The notes beneath the pieces are model-generated. The model saw only the letters and a list, made by a program, of their open reading frames with translations. It was not told where the DNA came from and searched no databases. Of a DNA stretch of 64,000 nt, positions 61,001 through 64,000 are shown in pieces. This DNA comes from Balanoglossus misakiensis (lineage: Eukaryota > Animalia > Hemichordata). The stretch is from contig CM082578.2 of NCBI GenBank assembly GCA_040954595.2, positions 4,694,831 to 4,758,830 of the forward strand, written 5' to 3'. Position numbers and translations under genes: made by a program. How positions within the stretch are numbered: position 1 is the first letter of the stretch; every line of letters starts with the position of its first letter.

Positions 61001-64000
61001 CTACTTAACACTATATCAGCACCAAATATAGTTATAACCTTGATATTTCATGGGATAAACACAGCATTATGTTTCTTCTCATTAATTATGTGCATATCTA
61101 ATATCAGATCAGATAATAGAGCTTGGGCCCGGACAATGCTGCTTGCAGCTTTAATTCTTTCTTTCTTTCTTTCTTTATTCTCCTGTCAATTCTTCGGCCA
61201 ACTAAATCTCAGAAACTACTGCAGGTACACTGCTCAAACTTGCTACAGTGGTCAAGGTCAATGAGTAGATGTGCAGTGATTTGTGAATACTTAATTAGTC
61301 ACGTGACTTGGCGGCCATATTGGATTTTCTGAAAAAATGCAAATCTCAGATCTCAGAAACTACAAGTCAGATCGACTTCAAATTTGGCATGCAGGTAGAC
61401 TACCTTCTACTCATCATTTTTGTAATTGGAAATTTTGCTGTCAATGTTGCAGTTTTTTTGCTACAATTTTTTTTCTGAAATCTGGCTTAAATTTCAAAAA
61501 TCTTCTTCTCCAGAACCGGTGATAACCGAGACACGCGGTTTAGGGTATGTGGTCACCTAACTGATGTCTATCAAGTTTGCGAAGATCATTGTGATTGGTC
61601 GAAGATTATGGCGGCCATATTGGATTTTCGAAAAACCATAGTTAAACTCCAAAAATCTTCTTCTCCAGAACGGGCGATGACTAAGTCGCAAGATTCGGGG
61701 AGTATGGTCACTACACTGATGTCTATCATGTTTGCAAAGAGCATTGTGATTGGTCAAAGATTATGGCGGCCATATTGGATTTTGTAAAAAGCAGCGAAAA
61801 ATTGAAAATCCTTTTTCTAGTCTAAAAATTGATAGCATACAAATTCTTTTTACGGATATCAATCGTCATGTGACTAAAATATGTTACAATTTTTTGGCGA
61901 TTTTTCACATGACCTTTGACCTACCTATCACGCGTTATTATTTCTGCATATCTAATTCCAGGCTAACCTATAGGGCTAGACGTTTGGTTTTTGATGAATG
62001 TGGATTAGTGTGTGATCAAAATATTTTGCTACTTTTCATGACCCCTTTGACCTCTGCTGACCTCATTAATTATGTGCATAGCTAATTACAGGCGCACCGA
62101 TAGAGCTAGAGGTTTGGTTTTTGTTGGACATGGACCAGTATGGGATCACCATTTTTTGCCAAAATGTTGGGTGACCTCTGGTGACCTTTGACCTACTTTC
62201 GCATATCTCAGCATCCAGAGCAGATACAGCCATGGCATTTGGTAGGATGGGACCAAAATGTAAAGCCACATTTTTGGGTCACCTGTAACACCTGCTGACC
62301 TCATTAAATATGCACATACCTAATTACAGGCGAACCAATAGAGCTAGAGTTTTGGTTTTTGTTGGACATGGACCAGTATGGGTAAAAAAAATTGCCCAAA
62401 TGTTGGGTGACCTCAGGTGACCTTTGACCTACTTCACCCTATTTCAGCAGCAAAAATACACACATCCTTGTTATGTCATGAGATAATACATCCGATAGAA
62501 AATTCTGTTTCTTCTCATTCATACTGTGCATATATAATTCAAGATCAGCGCTTGGGCCCGACAATGCTGCTCGCAGCTTTAATTCTTTCTTTCTTTCTTT
62601 CTTTCTTTATTCTTGTGTCAATTCTTCGGCCAACGAGATCTCTGAAACTACTGCAGGTACACTTCTCAAACTTGCTACAGTGGTCAAGGTCAATGAGTAG
62701 ATGTGCAGTGACTTGTGAATACTTAATTAGTCACGTGACCTGGCGGCCATATTGGATTTTCTGAAAAAATTCAAATCTCAGATCTCAGAAACTACAAGTC
62801 AGATCGACTTCAAATTTGGCATGCAGGTAGACTACCTTCTACCCATCATTTTTGTAATTGGAAATTTTGCTACAGTGTTGCAGTTTTTTGCTACAATTTT
62901 TTTTCTGAAATCTGGCTTAAATTTCAAAAATCTTCTTCTCCAGAACCGGTGATAACCGAGACACGGGGTTTGGGGTATGTGGTCACCTAACTGATGTCTA
63001 TCAAGTTTGCGAAGATCATTGTGATTGGTCGAAGATTATGGCGGCCATATTGGATTTTCGAAAAACCATAGTTAAACTGCAAAAATGTTCTTCTCCAGAA
63101 CGGGCAATGACTGAGTCGCAAGATTCGAGGAGTATGGTCACTACACTGATGTCTATCAAGTTTGCAAAGAGCATTGTGATTGGTCGAAGATTATGGCGGC
63201 CATATTGGATTTTGTAAAAAGCAGTGAAAAATTGAAATTCCTTTTTCTAGTCTAAAAATTGATAGCATACAAATTCTTTTTATGGATATCAATCGTCATG
63301 TGACTAAAATATGTTACAATTTTTTGGCGATTTTTCACATGACCTTTGACCTACTTATCACGCGTTATTATTTCTGCATATCTAATTCCAGGCTAACCTA
63401 TAGGGCTAGACGTTTGGTTTTTGATGAATGTGGATTAGTGTGTGATCAAAATATTTTGCTACTTTTCATGACCCCTTTGACCTCTGCTGACCTCATTAAT
63501 TATGTGCATAGCTAATTACAGGCGAACCAATAGAGCTAGAGGTTTGGTTTTTGTTGGACATAGACCAGTATGGGATCAAAATTTTTTGCCCAAATGTTGG
63601 GTGACCTCTGGTGACCTTTGACCTACTTTCGCATATCTCAGCATCCAGAGCAGATACAGCCATGGCATTTGGTAGGATGGGACCATAATGTAAAGCCACA
63701 TTTTTGGGTCACCTGTGACACCTGCTGACCTCATTAAATATGCACATACCTAATTACAGGCGAACCAATAGAGCTAGAGTTTTGGTTTTTGTTGGACATG
63801 GACCAGTATGGGTCAAAAAAAATTGCCCAAATGTTGGGTGACCTCAGGTGACCTTTGACCTACTTCACCCTATTTAAGCAGCAAAAATACACACGTCCTT
63901 GTTATGTCATGAGATAATACATCCGATAGAAAATTCTGTTTCTTCTCATTCATACTGTGCATATATAATTCAAGATCAGCGCTTGGGCCCGACAATGCTG
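49060..64000 (+). mobile_element. Nested cluster 2 of Helentron/HINE-like elements (continues beyond the window)
   Basis: Heads at 49060, 49112, 49181, 49261, 49314, 49384, 51963, 52023, 53520, 54994, 57902, 59404, 59457, 59510, 59563, 59616, 59669. Bodies end at ~50570, 51960, 53520, 54994, 56479, 57902, 59396, 61156, 62584 and just past 64000. Confidence 0.8.

Overview
Eukaryotic, AT-rich, intron-containing genomic DNA from an invertebrate animal (possibly a marine deuterostome; that is inference). Three protein-coding genes can be assembled by hand from GT-AG exons. (1) Nucleolin, minus strand, 11314 to beyond base 1: 16 exons, acidic N-terminus, only three RRMs, RGG tail. Its introns host two U15/SNORD15-type C/D snoRNAs, and intron 1 carries six covarying hairpins plus E-boxes. 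(2) The 3' 26 exons of an ABCC8/9 (sulfonylurea receptor-like) ABC transporter, minus strand, 48393-13704; its 5' exons lie beyond the window. (3) A six-exon CD20-like four-TM, PPxY-tailed gene (FAM189/ENTREP- or TMEM255-like), plus strand, 32501-36500, nested antisense in a 17-kb ABCC intron. About 23 kb (36724-44994 and 49060-64000) look like a 1.4-kb satellite but parse as non-autonomous Helentron/HINE-like elements that inserted into one another just behind the 5' hairpin. The result is stacks of heads followed by headless bodies that pair last-in-first-out. Introns also contain many MITE families (TA, TAA, TTAA and 9-bp TSD classes). All alignments and folds were done by eye.
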